The position numbers were made by a program, and so were the translations under genes. DNA of 37,905 nucleotides from Basidioascus undulatus (lineage: Eukaryota), in contig JTLS01000047.1 of the NCBI GenBank assembly GCA_000826855.1, positions 1 to 37,905 of the forward strand, in the 5' to 3' direction. Positions 35,570 through 37,905 of the stretch are shown piece after piece (the stretch's first letter is position 1; every line of letters begins with the position of its first letter). Below the pieces are notes generated by a model that ran no database searches, was not told where the DNA came from, and saw only the letters and a list, made by a program, of their open reading frames with translations.

Positions 35570-35930
35570 TCAGGCGCGGTCCATGCGGTACGCCTTGCAC
35601 CGCTGAGGACAAACCATCTAAGTCAGCCGAACAACATGAGAAGGAGAGATTGCGAACCTCCTTGTGCGCCGGCCAATCCTGCTTCTGGTGGGCGGCGGAG
35701 CAATCTACCGCGCCGCTGCACCGCCCGCACATGCTGTTCATTGGCTCGCCACAGATCTCGCACAGAGGCTGGAAGCATTGCCCCGCCGTGCGCTCCAGAC
35801 AGTCTAACACGGATCCCCTCCGGATGTCACTGGGCAGCGTCAGACCACGACCACATAGGAGATCAAGCGTGCCAGACAGCGAGCTCGAGGTTCCTTCAGG
35901 TATTTTGAGCGCAGCAAGAGTCGAACGAGG
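35570..35930 (-). CDS. MYND zinc-finger gene (C-terminal part; 5' end unresolved, possibly pseudogene)
   Basis: CEICGEPMNSMCGRCSGAVDCSAAHQKQDWPAHKE|RC. An intron at 35657-35603 (GTTCGC...CTGAC...CAG) supplies the last zinc-ligand Cys; stop at 35572-35570. There is an in-frame TGA upstream at 35933-35931, and the usual Tyr of the YCS motif is Asp. Confidence 0.65.
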
Positions 35931-37905
35931 TCATCGGCACGAGGAGGGGCGCAATAATCCCGAGAGATCGTAGGAAATAGGGATGGATGGGTCCTCCTGT
36001 AAACGCTGTGGGAGACCTGTAGCTTCAGGTGTATCATGAAAGACAAGGCGTGAACCAAATGAGGGTGGTGAGGCGGGGTGCTGATGTGATGAAGGGCGGC
36101 GGCAAGGGGCCACCGCCAGAAAGCGAGAACGAAGCGACGGCTTTTTTCCCGCCCAGTTGCGCCGTACCTGTGCACGCGGCTCGCTCAATCAGCCATGTGT
36201 CCGTCGATAAAAATGGTAATCCGGAAAAAAGAAATTGAGTGGGCAGACACAGCCACCTTCACAGTCAAGCAACTGGGATTCAAAGGCGAGGTCAGCATGC
36301 GCGTTAAATAGCACTTTGCGTGGATCGAATCAGTCTGATAGAACTTGCAAGGGACACAGTAAGTTTCTTGAGGGTAGTGCTTTTTGTGCAACGAGTATGT
36401 ATTCACTGCGGCAACGAGTCGACAAGTAGGCCTCTGTGCATCCACAGGCTGCTCCTCTCTGTTCAGAGTCAGAGGCATTGCTGCTGCTTCATTTGACTCA
36501 TCGTCTACCGATAATCATGGTTCAGATTTGGAAGGTTTGAAAAGTTTAGGGTTATTAAACACGATGATTAGACACCACAACATCGCTTGAAATTAAAGGC
36601 AGCCCGCACCCCCAAATGCTTTCTTTTCTCAGCAGACCTTATCGTTCGAATGACGAGCACATGAAGACCAGAGGTTTCCAATACTCGGACCGAAACCCGT
36701 GACCCTCACCGCTGCCGAACGCCTCGACTACGAAGTGCAAACAGTGAAATCCATCAAGGTCCGCAGAGCCGTACAACAAAACTAGTAGCACTCCATAAAC
36801 TTCAAGAAACTTTTCTGAGATCGACTCGACCCTCAAAATGTCCTCGCCAGCCCACTACGGGACGCTCCCGCTCCCATGCCTTGACGCTGTGTTGCCTTAC
36901 GCCGGCCTAACCAAGCTTGGTACTCCCCGACACAACAGTCCACCTTGTCCACATTTACACACCCATCATGGCAGCACGCACCTCCTCTTCGCTCCCAAGA
37001 AGCTTCCCAAACTCACTGGAGACTGCTTGCCTACTTTCTCGGGACCTGCTCTTCATCGACCATCCTACAGCCCTGATGGCCGGGTGTCTCCTTTTCCGAA
37101 AATCTTTCACGTGGGATGATTGCGTGCACCTTACAGCGTCCCACGCATACCACCACTTGCTTGCGACTCGAGCTCGGCACTCGACCCGCCCGCGTAAAGG
37201 AAACCGAGCACGGTCCCTTTCTTCTTTGCATCCCCGTCGGCCCTGGTGCTTTTTGGCTTCTAGACCCTTCGTAAGCGGGTTGCAGTGTGGTTGATTCTCC
37301 CTTTCAAGTGGGCGAAGATACGAAAGCTCTCCGCAGCTCTTCGGTCGTGTGTGCCCACGCTTTGTGAGTGACGACTGAAAAGAGCGGCCGGCGGTGCTGC
37401 GTATCGCCTACTTCGAAACCCAATATCGGGGCATGTTCATTATGATGACAACGTTCCAAGAACCCCACTCAGAAATTGCAAGACCGCACAGTGCGGCGGC
37501 GCGTCCCGCCGTGCCCATTCCTTCTGGCCATGCAGCGCTTGCGTATCCGCCAGACATGCAGCGCGGCGATACCCGACGACTGCCTCCGTCAACAACATGC
37601 ACAGGCGCAACCCTCAGCTGGACCTGCCCCTCGACTGCCCGCTAACACGCGATGCGGACCCGCCCTGCTGAGACCCGCATGCCCCACGCCCACTCGCACC
37701 CTTCCCTCGAAACGTCGAGCAACTCCGACGCGTGCTGTGATCGAACAAGCAGCAGCGAGGATATAGCGCACAAGTAAACAGTTCATTGATCCCTCAGCGC
37801 CGCTTGTGCGATCGGGTTTGCGTGGATCGTGACCTGGTGGGCCCCGCACCCCATCATCAGCCTCTTCCTCTCTCTCCTCTCTCCGCACCCACACCCTCTC
37901 CCCTC

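Noticed and set aside
36680..36786. PKPVTLTAAERLDYEVQTVKSIKVRR resembling a retrotransposon chromodomain start
   Set aside because: The following YLVKW core is missing, and no integrase, RT or LTR is visible.
1..37905. CRISPR arrays, prokaryotic operons or intact transposons
   Set aside because: The DNA is eukaryotic and spliced; no regularly spaced repeats, transposase/RT motifs, LTRs or TIRs were detected by eye.

Overview
Intron-rich fungal nuclear DNA. GC-rich exons, ~50-100 nt introns with GTGCGT/GTGAGT/GTACGT donors and CTGAC/CTAAC branch points point to a basidiomycete, probably Pucciniomycotina; the lineage is inference. Manual splicing gives these genes in order: a truncated MFS transporter (-), an F-box-like gene that is probably degenerate (+), a 7-exon cytochrome c (+), a low-complexity protein with a mitochondrial-type presequence (+), a small hypothetical protein (+), a Pho2/Phx1-type homeodomain factor (+), a Dpb11/Cut5-type multi-BRCT protein (-), an intron-containing tRNA-Leu(CAA) with an odd anticodon arm (-), a 21-exon Dal5/ACS-family MFS permease (-) divergent from a Gfo/Idh/MocA oxidoreductase (+), HID1/Ecm30 (+), a second frameshifted F-box-like paralogue (+) and a MYND-finger gene (-). 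The most notable observations are: (1) the tRNA only gains a normal G37 if its intron is cut one nucleotide off the canonical site; (2) a strongly CpG-depleted block starts abruptly at that tRNA; (3) the permease/oxidoreductase pair looks like a catabolic module and carries four of the five GC-AG introns found; (4) cytochrome c intron 4 is highly structured; (5) the mitochondrial protein has a second, internal presequence-cleavage-like motif. No database searches were possible, so family calls rest on remembered motifs.
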